In this document: in pieces, positions 44,714-53,234 of the stretch
Layout of the letters: every line of letters starts with the position of its first letter
How positions within the stretch are numbered: the stretch's first letter is position 1
Origin: a virus
Taxonomy: Duplodnaviria > Caudoviricetes
Length of the DNA: 53,234 nt
Direction: 5' to 3' (one strand)
IMG/VR virus record: IMGVR_UViG_3300002092_000058
Location: 1 to 53,234 of that record
Program-made: the position numbers and the translations under genes
Notes under the pieces: generated by a model
What the model was told of the DNA's origin: nothing
The model's database searches: none
What the model saw: only the letters and a program-made list of their open reading frames with translations

Positions 44714-45557
44714 TTTTGATTTTGAGCCTACTGTTTATGAGCTAACAATAACTGAATGTTTAGCTGCCGGGGCAGAAGGGGTGATGATTAGTAATGAGCA
44801 TTATCACGCGCTTGAAGGGATAAGCGGTTCTCATTTGCCGTTATTAGCTGAGTCTAACAAGCATTTAGATAATAAACGCCTATTTAGCCCTGATTCACCA
44901 GCCTTGAAGTTTGGCACGCTTTTTCATACGTTTGCGCTTGAGCCTGATAAGATAGCTAGTAGATATGTCGTCATGCCAGAAAAGTTTGAGCCGAAAGCAG
45001 TTACAGGCGTCAGTATTGAGCAGTCTAAAAAAGACTTTATTAAAGCGAACAATCACAAAGAAGCGGTAACTTATGAAGATTACAAAAAAGCCCAAAAAAT
45101 GGCGAGAAATGTTAACGCAATTTGCGGAAATATTATTAACGAAGGCATTAGAGAACGAAGTCTTTTTGTTAAAATTAACAATATTATACTTAAGTGTCGT
45201 CTAGATATTGATCTATCTAACGGTGATGACTACGACTTAAAAAGCATATCACTTGGGACAAAAGAGTTTAGTAATTATGTTTTAGAGCAGCATATTAAAA
45301 AATTCCATTATTGCTGGTCAGCAGCGTTTAGAAACATAATTCGGCGCAAGCTTGGATTGCCCGTTAGACACAGTTATTTAATCTTTTGTAACACGGCGGC
45401 AGGTAATATGGTGCGTGTAATCAAGATTGCGCCAGAGTGGATAGTTGAGGCCGAAGATGTTGTTTTAGAGCTATTAAGTTCAAGAAGTTACTACTTAAAA
45501 CATGATATTGATAATGATGTTGTAGAAATTGACGACAGCAAACGAATTTACAGATAA
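44706..45557 (+). CDS. RecE/exonuclease VIII-like PD-(D/E)xK nuclease (DUF3799-like)
   Basis: ISNEHYHA..GISGS, ALKFGTLFHTFALEP, ERSLF, KCRLD...DLKS. Confidence 0.85.
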   Translation: MLDFDFEPTVYELTITECLAAGAEGVMISNEHYHALEGISGSHLPLLAESNKHLDNKRLFSPDSPALKFGTLFHTFALEPDKIASRYVVMPEKFEPKAVTGVSIEQSKKDFIKANNHKEAVTYEDYKKAQKMARNVNAICGNIINEGIRERSLFVKINNIILKCRLDIDLSNGDDYDLKSISLGTKEFSNYVLEQHIKKFHYCWSAAFRNIIRRKLGLPVRHSYLIFCNTAAGNMVRVIKIAPEWIVEAEDVVLELLSSRSYYLKHDIDNDVVEIDDSKRIYR

Positions 45558-45559
45558 TA

Positions 45560-45715
45560 AACAAATAGGAATTTACTTATTAACGCAAGATCATGTATAT
45601 GATACTTATGATGCTGTAATTGTTGTTGCAAACAATGCGAATGAGGCTAAAAAATTTTCAATTGAGCATTTGGGAGAAAGTTCAATTTGTATTGGCATCT
45701 TTTAACGCTGGATAA
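45560..45715 (+). pseudogene. degenerate remnant of a small phage protein ending in LASFNAG
   Basis: IYLLTQDHVYDTYDAVIVVANNANEAK in one frame, VLASFNAG* in another; no start codon. Confidence 0.5.
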
Positions 45716-45736
45716 TAAATTAATCGAGGAATAATA

Positions 45737-46729
45737 ATGAACAACCAATTAAACCCATTTTTACAACTTTTACAACAAAATCAATCAAGCAATGATGCGC
45801 AAATAAACGCGCCTGCTAACAGCGACCAAAACCGCGCAATAGCGGAGGTGCAGGCGTCCATGATGATTGCACGAATGAATCCGCGCAATCAGATTAAAGC
45901 CATGGATAATATTTTAAATGCTTGTACACGCCCCGCATTAGCAGAAGGAGCAGTTTATCAATATGCACGTGGTGGACAGGATATATCAGGACCATCAATC
46001 CGACTTGCTGAAACAATTGCGCAGAGCTGGGGTAACATTCAATTTGGCACGCGGGAGCTAGATCAAAGCAATGGCGTTAGCACGGTTCTGGCTTATGCCT
46101 GGGATGTTGAGACAAATGTTAGAAAGGAAGTGGTTTTTCAAGTGCCTCATGAGCGACATACGCGAGCAGGTAAAAAGCAGTTAACAGACCCTCGCGACAT
46201 TTACGAAGCGGTTGCTAATAATGGATCAAGACGAACAAGGAATTGTATTTTAGCAATCATCCCCGGCGATGTAATCGACGCCGCTGTTACTCAATGCGAC
46301 ATTACGCTAAAGTCACAGGCTGATACATCACCAGAAACCATACAAAAAATGGTAGATGCTTTTAGTGTGTTTGGCGTGACCAAGGCGCAAATTGAAAAAA
46401 GAATACAGCGCCGACTTGATGCAATACAAGCCGCTCAAGTTGTTTCATTAAAAAAGATATACGCTAGTTTGCGTGATGGCATGAGTAATGCGACCGATTG
46501 GTTTGACGGTGAAGTTAAAGAAAAAACAGCTAAAAATATTTTAATTGACGCGCTAGACTTAATAAGTAACTGCGCATCATATGAAGAGGTGCAAGCAATT
46601 GATTTATATCAGCTTGGGATTGTTGAAAAGGACATGAAGATTGTGGTTAAGGCGTGGGAAGAAAAAGCGGGAAGTTTTGCAAATAGCATCGTAGATGATG
46701 CTGGTGTTGATTTTGATGCGGCGATTTAG
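45737..46729 (+). CDS. putative single-strand annealing recombinase
   Basis: RAIAEVQA...PR...YARGG..ISGPSIRLAE..AQSWGNI; lies between the exonuclease and SSB. Confidence 0.7.
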   Translation: MNNQLNPFLQLLQQNQSSNDAQINAPANSDQNRAIAEVQASMMIARMNPRNQIKAMDNILNACTRPALAEGAVYQYARGGQDISGPSIRLAETIAQSWGNIQFGTRELDQSNGVSTVLAYAWDVETNVRKEVVFQVPHERHTRAGKKQLTDPRDIYEAVANNGSRRTRNCILAIIPGDVIDAAVTQCDITLKSQADTSPETIQKMVDAFSVFGVTKAQIEKRIQRRLDAIQAAQVVSLKKIYASLRDGMSNATDWFDGEVKEKTAKNILIDALDLISNCASYEEVQAIDLYQLGIVEKDMKIVVKAWEEKAGSFANSIVDDAGVDFDAAI

Positions 46730-46740
46730 GAGGGCGAGTA

Positions 46741-47151
46741 ATGAGTAATGTATTCAGCTTTACAGGCACAGTAGGTAGAGATGCCGAGGTCAAGCATTTA
46801 CCGTCTGGCATAGCCGTATTAAATGTAAGTGTAGCAAATAATATTGGCTATGGTGATAAACAACAAACATTGTGGATACGGGTAGTTTTATTTGGCAAGC
46901 GAGCCGAAGGTCAATTACAAAACTACCTTAAAAAAGGTCAGCAAGTTTTTGTATCTGGAGAACTTACCCAAAGTGAGTACAAAGGTAATGACGGCACAAC
47001 TAAAACTAGTTTAGAACTTAATGCAAATATTATTGATTTGGTCGGTAAGCGTGATAGTGGTGAGCAATCAAAGCCAGTGCAATCAAGTAATAGTCAAGCG
47101 GACGCAAAAGCACCTCCGTATGATGATTTTGACGATTCTATCCCTTTTTAA
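46741..47151 (+). CDS. ssb: single-stranded DNA-binding protein
   Basis: OB fold (GTVGRDAE...YLKKGQQVFVSGEL) and acidic tail DDFDDSIPF. Confidence 0.95.
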   Translation: MSNVFSFTGTVGRDAEVKHLPSGIAVLNVSVANNIGYGDKQQTLWIRVVLFGKRAEGQLQNYLKKGQQVFVSGELTQSEYKGNDGTTKTSLELNANIIDLVGKRDSGEQSKPVQSSNSQADAKAPPYDDFDDSIPF

Positions 47152-47165
47152 GTAAATGGTTATTT

Positions 47166-47543
47166 ATGGTATTGGTAACACTAAAGCAGATAGCGGAGAA
47201 AATAGGCTTAACCGATGGATGCTTAAAACAGCGCAAAAATGTAAATTACCGAGATCTTTGGCCTGAGCCTAAAAAAAGACACGGTATGATTTGTTATTAC
47301 GACGAGGCTGAAGTAATACAAATATTGAAAGATAATCCATTTGAAAGAGGTAGGTTAAAGCCGAGCAAAAGCGATAGATATAAAGCACCCGAAAATCCGT
47401 GTTTTGAATATAACAATGTATTTTTTGATTGGCTTTTTGGGAAATTATTGCCTGATTACGAAGAAAAACGCACCCAGTTTGCAGGCAGAACGGGTAGTAT
47501 TATTAAGACAGTTAGATTAGATAATGGGTGGAATGATGAATAA
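47166..47543 (+). CDS. winged-HTH DNA-binding protein (Xis/AlpA-like N-terminus)
   Basis: LVTLKQIAEKIGLT...WPEP...YYDEAEV. Confidence 0.6.
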   Translation: MVLVTLKQIAEKIGLTDGCLKQRKNVNYRDLWPEPKKRHGMICYYDEAEVIQILKDNPFERGRLKPSKSDRYKAPENPCFEYNNVFFDWLFGKLLPDYEEKRTQFAGRTGSIIKTVRLDNGWNDE

Positions 47544-47931
47544 TTACAGAGATATGCTTAAGGCTTTACTTGATGGAGAATATCTTTTAGGTAGCCTAGA
47601 AAATAAAGTCATCTACATAGATGACTTTGGAATTGTGCGATATACAAACGGTCATGATATTGATATTTATCAATTAGACCCAAAGTGGTGGAGTATAAAA
47701 CCAAAAACACGCACACTAAACGGAAACGGAATCGAGTATCCAGAGCCTTTATTGTATAACCAATTAACATACGATGAAATATATCACATACCTCACTTAC
47801 TTTTTCCAGATAGCTCGTATTCATATCGTGGCTCAGATATAAGGCAAGAAGATTGTGACAAAGGACTTGTGCAGGCCACAAAAGACGGCGCAATTGCTCA
47901 GGCACATGCGATTTTAGCGGGTTTAAAATGA
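47533..47931 (+). CDS. hypothetical phage protein
   Basis: SIKPKTRTLNG.IEYPEP...GLVQATKDGAIAQAHA motif. Confidence 0.7.
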   Translation: MMNNYRDMLKALLDGEYLLGSLENKVIYIDDFGIVRYTNGHDIDIYQLDPKWWSIKPKTRTLNGNGIEYPEPLLYNQLTYDEIYHIPHLLFPDSSYSYRGSDIRQEDCDKGLVQATKDGAIAQAHAILAGLK

Positions 47932-48386
47932 ACATAGAAAGAGAGTTGTTGAAGGAAATTTTAGAAGATGACGGCAACGGTGATTATTTTATTAGCACTA
48001 AAATGGCTAGAAAAATACAATCTGTTTTAGATGACGACGAACAAGCCCCAGGCTCTCGCGCAACAGTCGAGCAATTTAAAGAGGAGCGGGGGTTAAAAAA
48101 ATCGGTTATTGGCGATCAAGAACCTGCAGATTGGCGAAAATGGACGGGGTACTCATGGTTATACTCAGATTCTGACGAGCCGCCCATGGATTATAGAGAC
48201 ATTGAAGTTTTTGGCGAGGCTCTTTATTTAGCCCCGCCAAAGTCTGAGCCGCTTAGTGTTTCAGAGTTAAATACAATCTATTATAACGCGACTAATCAAA
48301 CATTAAGAGAGCAAGATATGAGGTTAGCACTAAGTTTTGCTAGAGCAATTGAAAAAGCACATGGTATTGGAGTGGATAATGACTGA
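47928..48386 (+). CDS. hypothetical phage protein
   Basis: MNIERELL...EPLS...FARAIEKAHGIG motif. Confidence 0.7.
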   Translation: MNIERELLKEILEDDGNGDYFISTKMARKIQSVLDDDEQAPGSRATVEQFKEERGLKKSVIGDQEPADWRKWTGYSWLYSDSDEPPMDYRDIEVFGEALYLAPPKSEPLSVSELNTIYYNATNQTLREQDMRLALSFARAIEKAHGIGVDND

Positions 48387-48672
48387 TTACACAGTAGGAC
48401 AATTGCGCGAAATCTGTGATACGCAACTAGGGCATATAAAAAGACTTGAGCTTGATATTGATTGTTTAAAAACAAGTTTAAATGAGGCTAATAAATTTAT
48501 TGATGCTGAGGCAAATCAAAAAAACAAAGACGCTTATTGGCGTAATGTTTTTGCAGCCAGCGCTTTGCAAGGATTATTTAGTGCTGGAATAACTTGTGAT
48601 TATAACGCTAATGCTGTTAGCGTATTCCAACAATCCCAAGCAATGATTGAGGAGTCAAAAAAATATGATTAA
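48379..48672 (+). CDS. hypothetical phage protein
   Basis: RNVFAASALQGL...AMIEE motif. Confidence 0.65.
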   Translation: MTDYTVGQLREICDTQLGHIKRLELDIDCLKTSLNEANKFIDAEANQKNKDAYWRNVFAASALQGLFSAGITCDYNANAVSVFQQSQAMIEESKKYD

Positions 48673-49027
48673 AATGATAAAAAATAAAAAACAAACGTTA
48701 AAGATTAGTGAGTTAAAATTTAAAAAACACACGGGCGATACAATGCCAAAAGGCGTGTTAAGTGATGATTTGATTATTTACAAATGCTCAAAGTTAGGTG
48801 TTGACGGGGAGCCGATGCCGACCGAAACCATTACGCATTTGCCACACATTGCATCACATATTAACTGGGGAAAGAGCGCACATATAAATAATCCGCCAGT
48901 TTTGGGGCGCGTTGTCGAATACGCAATAATCAAAGGCTTTGAAGGTTACGCACGTGAAATTAAAGACCTTGCTAATTATTACAAAGAAATAAATAAAGGA
49001 AAAACTAGACTTAAAGAGGCTATATGA
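48665..49027 (+). CDS. hypothetical phage protein
   Basis: Coupled ORF; FKKHTGDTMP...INW...VVEY. Confidence 0.6.
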   Translation: MIKMIKNKKQTLKISELKFKKHTGDTMPKGVLSDDLIIYKCSKLGVDGEPMPTETITHLPHIASHINWGKSAHINNPPVLGRVVEYAIIKGFEGYAREIKDLANYYKEINKGKTRLKEAI

Positions 49028-49112
49028 GCAATTTGATTACAAAACTATCACTGTCAGCGCTGACAATTATTTTAATGAGCAGCATTATTGTGATGCTGCA
49101 TGATTTTATAAT

Positions 49113-49562
49113 TTAATCATACTTATCAAACCCATTATGCTGAATTATTGAAATAAGTAATTCGGCATAATTTGGATCAGTAGCGTACCCAGCTTTAGCT
49201 ATTGCACGAGCAAAATTACACCCAGTTGTACATTTAAATGCTTGTTTATAGCACTGGTTTTTCGACAAGAACAGCGCATGGTCAAGCACTGAAGCATTAG
49301 GTGACATATACGCACGAAACCAAGCTTTAACGGGTATTCTATGACCCTGATGGACTTCGTGCGTATCTACTAATACTTTCTTGCCTTTCCAACTCGTGTC
49401 AGCTTTAATCCCAAATAAATTATTACTAATTGCTGTCTTGCCCCACCCTGATTCTAATACAGCTTGTGCAAGCGTTACAGATGCAAAGACGCCATATCTC
49501 TTATGTGCCTCTTGTGCGCCAGCAAGGATTGAGTCTATAAATTTTTGATTTTCTGGCGTCAT
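49113..49562 (-). CDS. endolysin, GH73 glucosaminidase (FlgJ-like)
   Basis: LAQAVLESGWG, NNLFGIKA, FRAY, AGYATDPNYA. Confidence 0.9.
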   Translation of the reverse strand: MTPENQKFIDSILAGAQEAHKRYGVFASVTLAQAVLESGWGKTAISNNLFGIKADTSWKGKKVLVDTHEVHQGHRIPVKAWFRAYMSPNASVLDHALFLSKNQCYKQAFKCTTGCNFARAIAKAGYATDPNYAELLISIIQHNGFDKYD

Positions 49563-49595
49563 AACTTATAAAATACTTGAAGTAGTTAACTATAT

Positions 49596-49967
49596 TTAGT
49601 AAGACGGATACCATTTAGCAGTCAAAGCGTCATAAACCATTATCAATGGTTTTCCAACCACAGTAGTTGTTGCCAACGCGATATTATCTGTTGTAACAGT
49701 GGTAAAAATACCTGTTGGAATAAGGATAAGGAAGCCTCCAGTTTCCATAATACCTACTGGAGGAGTGATTGTTGATAAGCCTGTAGTTCCTGAAACAAAA
49801 GTTATTGTTGTTGTAGGAGCAATTGTAGCTGCTGAAGCAATAGTAGGAGCTGTTTGTAAAATCTTTACAGGCCCAAACAAAGGAGCGTCAGCATCTAAAA
49901 ATGCAAGTTTACCTAGCATACCATTAACAGATAACTGGTTATTATCTGTACCTATTACACCACTCAT
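49596..49967 (-). CDS. spike-associated structural protein
   Basis: Start overlaps the upstream stop; TIASAATIAP...YD...KWYPSY. Confidence 0.65.
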   Translation of the reverse strand: MSGVIGTDNNQLSVNGMLGKLAFLDADAPLFGPVKILQTAPTIASAATIAPTTTITFVSGTTGLSTITPPVGIMETGGFLILIPTGIFTTVTTDNIALATTTVVGKPLIMVYDALTAKWYPSY

Positions 49968-50428
49968 AGTACAACCTCCGGCCAACCAGCCCAATTATGT
50001 GGTAAATGTAATTCAGAACCTTCTGGTAAGTAGTTTAAAAACGTACTATCAAGAGGTAATGTTGTTTGAAGTTCATTAACTCCATTCCAAGACCAACTAG
50101 CAATGATTTCAAAAGGTAGTCCTAAAGAAGCAATAACTTCAGGTTTAAAATTATCGTGTACTACAGCATCTATAATACTTTTACCTATTAGTGTAGTAGG
50201 TTTGGCAGCTACTATAAATTTTTCTTGAACAATGTTACCTTCTTCATCATACCCTGCTGGAATGATATATTCAGGTATAACAGTATCGTAGGTATCATCG
50301 CCGTAAGATACTGTCCCTATCATTGGAATAACAAAACTGGCAAATACTGAAGATATCGCAGCTTGTTGCTCTTTTGTAAGTAGATCAAAGGTTAAATTTG
50401 TAGGTGCTTTTAATAGTAATCTTATCAT
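49964..50428 (-). CDS. hypothetical protein downstream of the spike gene
   Basis: ATGA coupling to the spike gene; C-terminal PHNWAGW. Confidence 0.65.
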   Translation of the reverse strand: MIRLLLKAPTNLTFDLLTKEQQAAISSVFASFVIPMIGTVSYGDDTYDTVIPEYIIPAGYDEEGNIVQEKFIVAAKPTTLIGKSIIDAVVHDNFKPEVIASLGLPFEIIASWSWNGVNELQTTLPLDSTFLNYLPEGSELHLPHNWAGWPEVVL

Positions 50429-53234
50429 AATGTTGTTAATCCTTGTAGTTCTTCCGAGGATAATGCTACTGGGTAATAGGAGAGTTTGCGGATGTGACCG
50501 CCTATTCTTCCACTACCATTAGTTTGACTACCTATATCCAATCTTGTCATTGTTGTTGCTGGTATAACATTAGATGCTGCTGTAGTTGATAACCCGTTAA
50601 GGCCTCCCCTATTAGCAACTCCACCGTAACTTATCATTGCTTTAAAGTCAACACCAGAAGCTATATTGCCCGATAATGCAGGAGAGTACGAAGCGCCATT
50701 ATTCTGCACTATGCAATACAGCCCGTTATTGTAATTACTAATGCCGAGGTAATTAGTGGCACTATTATCAGATGCGTATAAAAACCACCAATTACCACTA
50801 CCAAAATTATATTCATTCGCTTGCATATAAAATGCCCCCTGACCTTGATTATACCAACTACTAAAATTAGTTCCAGTCAGACTCGCTTGGTCAGCAGCTC
50901 TTGTTACAGCAGCAGTAGAGGTAGGAATGTAACTTGTTGTGAACGAACCAGCTTCTAACTGCGCACCCCAGAATAAAGTTGTTCCTGTACTAGCATTGCC
51001 TGAAATATTAGAATACAACGACAAAATAAATGTTGTTAATGAAGTATTGACAACACTATACGACAATCTAACCCAATTATTACCTATTGGAGTTACTAAC
51101 CACCCTGCCCCCGTGGCGTTTGTCGAGAAGTTGTATATAACTTGATTAAAACCAAAATTGGTACCAGAATTAAAACCAACTGTGGCTGAATAAATAATAT
51201 CTGTGCCACTTAAACTTTTAGCATAAAAACTACAAGTATATGTAAGCGTGTCAGATGGAGTTGTAATATTAGTCTGTACTCGTCCTGTAGCCCCAGAAGG
51301 TATCAACCAAGCTGTTTGTGTTCCGTCTGGTGCTATGCCTTGCGCTGGTAAAGGTGATGGCGTTGTTGTTACGTTATTTATCCAAGGCCCAGAAGATGTA
51401 CGTCCTCCATTTCCAATATACAAATTAGCCCTACTCTCCTCAAGCAACAACCCCTGACACTTACCACTAATAGGATTATAATCAATCCTAGGAGAATTAA
51501 CAGGAGCAGTCATCAATTGTGGAATATAGTTAGTGATTGGATAAGAGGTGTTGGTTAGTTTATAAGAGTAGTAAGTGGCAGTAGAACCATATTCTAATTG
51601 ACTCCCCCAAATATAGATACCTGAAGTACCATCACCAACATATTGACCTGAAATTTCTTTTACTGAAATGTTATCGATATCAGCGAAATCACCAACTGTT
51701 ACAAGTGCTCCTACAATTTGGATGTTTAGTATGTTAGTTGTTGCTGTAAATACTACCGATCTACTATTATTAACAAGACTAAGGGTAGAAACGTATTGAG
51801 CTTGAGCAAGACCCGTAGCATTCCCTAAAAATAAACTCCAAGTTGTTCCTATAGGTGGCGATGTAACGCCGTTTATTTTGATTACGTAAGTTTTACCAAT
51901 CACTAGATTAGTAATAATTTGTTGCGCATAAGGATTGGAACCCGTTGCTGTAATACGCAACATACCATTTACAGAGCTTATCGATGATTGGTAAGGAGCA
52001 AGCCAACCTGTTGTATCAGTTGTGAATGTTCCATTAGTAACTAACTCAGTAGGTGCAGTATATGTTGGAGTATTTAAAGCTAGTACACCTCCATAAGGGG
52101 TTATTGCTATAGTAATAGCTATGCTAAGACTACATCTATACCATCCAGAACCAATAGAAGTAATTGTACCTACAGTTCCGTCCGTTGAAATTACAGCACC
52201 TGTAGATAAATTGAACCAAGCTTGGTTAAAGTTAGTTCCATCATATAAATAAACTGAAGCATATAGTCTTTCACCAGCTTTTAAATGTACACTATAGGTA
52301 TAAGTAGATCCTGCTGGCATTAAACCTGTGTCAAAAGAAACGCCATGTAAACCATTTGTACTGTTATCAACAATCTTTTGAGCAGTTGTTGTTCCTAGAG
52401 GGTCGGTATAAGTTAATGTACCAACCGTTGAGTTTGTTTTAGTCCAAGCAGTATTGGTATAGTCTTGAGAATAAGTTAATAGGTTTTGATTGCTTGTAGG
52501 AGTATAAGCAGTTGCAGATGAGCGTTGTTCTAGTTGAGCGCCCCATATATTAACTACATCCCCAGAAACAGCTAGACGAATACCAGCTGTTTTAGAGCCA
52601 GCAGAAGGTGTTGTAGTTATATTAAATCTTGTCCATGTACCAGTTGTTGTTTGAGTGGTATAGGTTGTTCCATCAACTGTAATATCTATATTACCCGTCC
52701 CAGTCACTCGCTGAATGTATATTGAAAAAGTGTATGCGTTAGCTGTAGCCGTAAATGTTTGTAATAAAGTTCCATTAATAGCAGAAGCTGTTAGTGGATA
52801 AGCTGTGGCAGTTCCATCAGGCGCAGTGGTTACAGAGCCAAGCGTTGTATTGGATGTTACCCAAGTAGTAGCAAAAGCCTGACTCTGTAACAACAAATTC
52901 TGCTCTGCCAAAGCAGTAGTCTTACCATCATAATAAGTAGCTGTACTATTTCTGGTAAAAGTTATTCTTGAATCAACTTGTTTACTATTAACAAAGTCTA
53001 AATTCAACGAAGGTCTAATGCTAGGCATAACAGGCATAGTAAAAGTACTACTAGATTTAACAATAGTCGTACCATCCCCTACATACAAATCAGTCCCAAC
53101 CCTACACGCACCCACAAAATTACTTGGTATAGTACTATAAGTCGCAAAAGATGGAATTGTATTTGACGTTATTATATTTATTCCATCCCCTACATACAAA
53201 GTTGTACCAACCCTACACGCACCCACAAAATTAC
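50425..53234 (-). CDS. large head-spike/fibre protein with repeated carbohydrate-binding-like beta-sandwich modules
   Basis: PSLNLDF...ITFTRNSTATY; repeated QNLL.YS...W...WGAQLE modules; GLLLEESRAN; GSFTTSYIPTSTAAVTRAAD; LamG-like C-terminus. Confidence 0.8.
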   Translation of the reverse strand, partial: NFVGACRVGTTLYVGDGINIITSNTIPSFATYSTIPSNFVGACRVGTDLYVGDGTTIVKSSSTFTMPVMPSIRPSLNLDFVNSKQVDSRITFTRNSTATYYDGKTTALAEQNLLLQSQAFATTWVTSNTTLGSVTTAPDGTATAYPLTASAINGTLLQTFTATANAYTFSIYIQRVTGTGNIDITVDGTTYTTQTTTGTWTRFNITTTPSAGSKTAGIRLAVSGDVVNIWGAQLEQRSSATAYTPTSNQNLLTYSQDYTNTAWTKTNSTVGTLTYTDPLGTTTAQKIVDNSTNGLHGVSFDTGLMPAGSTYTYSVHLKAGERLYASVYLYDGTNFNQAWFNLSTGAVISTDGTVGTITSIGSGWYRCSLSIAITIAITPYGGVLALNTPTYTAPTELVTNGTFTTDTTGWLAPYQSSISSVNGMLRITATGSNPYAQQIITNLVIGKTYVIKINGVTSPPIGTTWSLFLGNATGLAQAQYVSTLSLVNNSRSVVFTATTNILNIQIVGALVTVGDFADIDNISVKEISGQYVGDGTSGIYIWGSQLEYGSTATYYSYKLTNTSYPITNYIPQLMTAPVNSPRIDYNPISGKCQGLLLEESRANLYIGNGGRTSSGPWINNVTTTPSPLPAQGIAPDGTQTAWLIPSGATGRVQTNITTPSDTLTYTCSFYAKSLSGTDIIYSATVGFNSGTNFGFNQVIYNFSTNATGAGWLVTPIGNNWVRLSYSVVNTSLTTFILSLYSNISGNASTGTTLFWGAQLEAGSFTTSYIPTSTAAVTRAADQASLTGTNFSSWYNQGQGAFYMQANEYNFGSGNWWFLYASDNSATNYLGISNYNNGLYCIVQNNGASYSPALSGNIASGVDFKAMISYGGVANRGGLNGLSTTAASNVIPATTMTRLDIGSQTNGSGRIGGHIRKLSYYPVALSSEELQGLTTL
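53094..53234. repeat. 111-bp tandem repeat at the contig end
   Basis: CAAAATTAC at 53115 and 53226 (period 111); continues into bases 1-101. Confidence 0.95.

Noticed and set aside
47166-49116. Integration module (xis-int-attP)
   Set aside because: Only an HTH protein is present; there is no tyrosine or serine recombinase ORF and no intergenic space at the convergence with the endolysin.
1-53234. tRNA genes or alternative genetic code
   Set aside because: No cloverleaf/T-loop signature noticed in the intergenic regions; long ORFs tile the genome under the standard code.

Overview
The window looks like an essentially complete, circularly permuted ~53 kb tailed-phage genome (podovirus-like) from a Gram-negative, probably proteobacterial, host. 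The last 9 nt repeat the first 9 nt, and the break falls inside a 111-bp tandem repeat of a spike/fibre gene. The minus strand carries a late operon: TerS, TerL, portal, scaffold, N4-gp56-type capsid, adaptor, nozzle, fibres, ejection proteins, a 4294-aa DarB-like polyvalent protein, holin-like genes, a spike and a GH73 endolysin. It also carries a cro-led replication operon. The plus strand carries an early recombination operon (RecE-like exonuclease, annealing protein, SSB). I see no integrase, CI repressor or partition system, yet an intact 1694-bp IS (23-bp TIRs, 8-bp TSD) and several deletion scars are present. Two signals are the most unusual. (1) A stand-alone, GC-rich, densely hairpinned ~510-nt transcription unit (34.4-34.9 kb) whose promoter/operator architecture matches that of the main early promoter; it is a candidate novel phage ncRNA with CRISPR-handle-like motifs. 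(2) Several +1-frame ORFs, three of four with Shine-Dalgarno-like sites, nested in the linkers of the giant polyvalent gene; they are candidate built-in inhibitors or chaperones of the injected effector. Family assignments come from motif recognition, not database searches.
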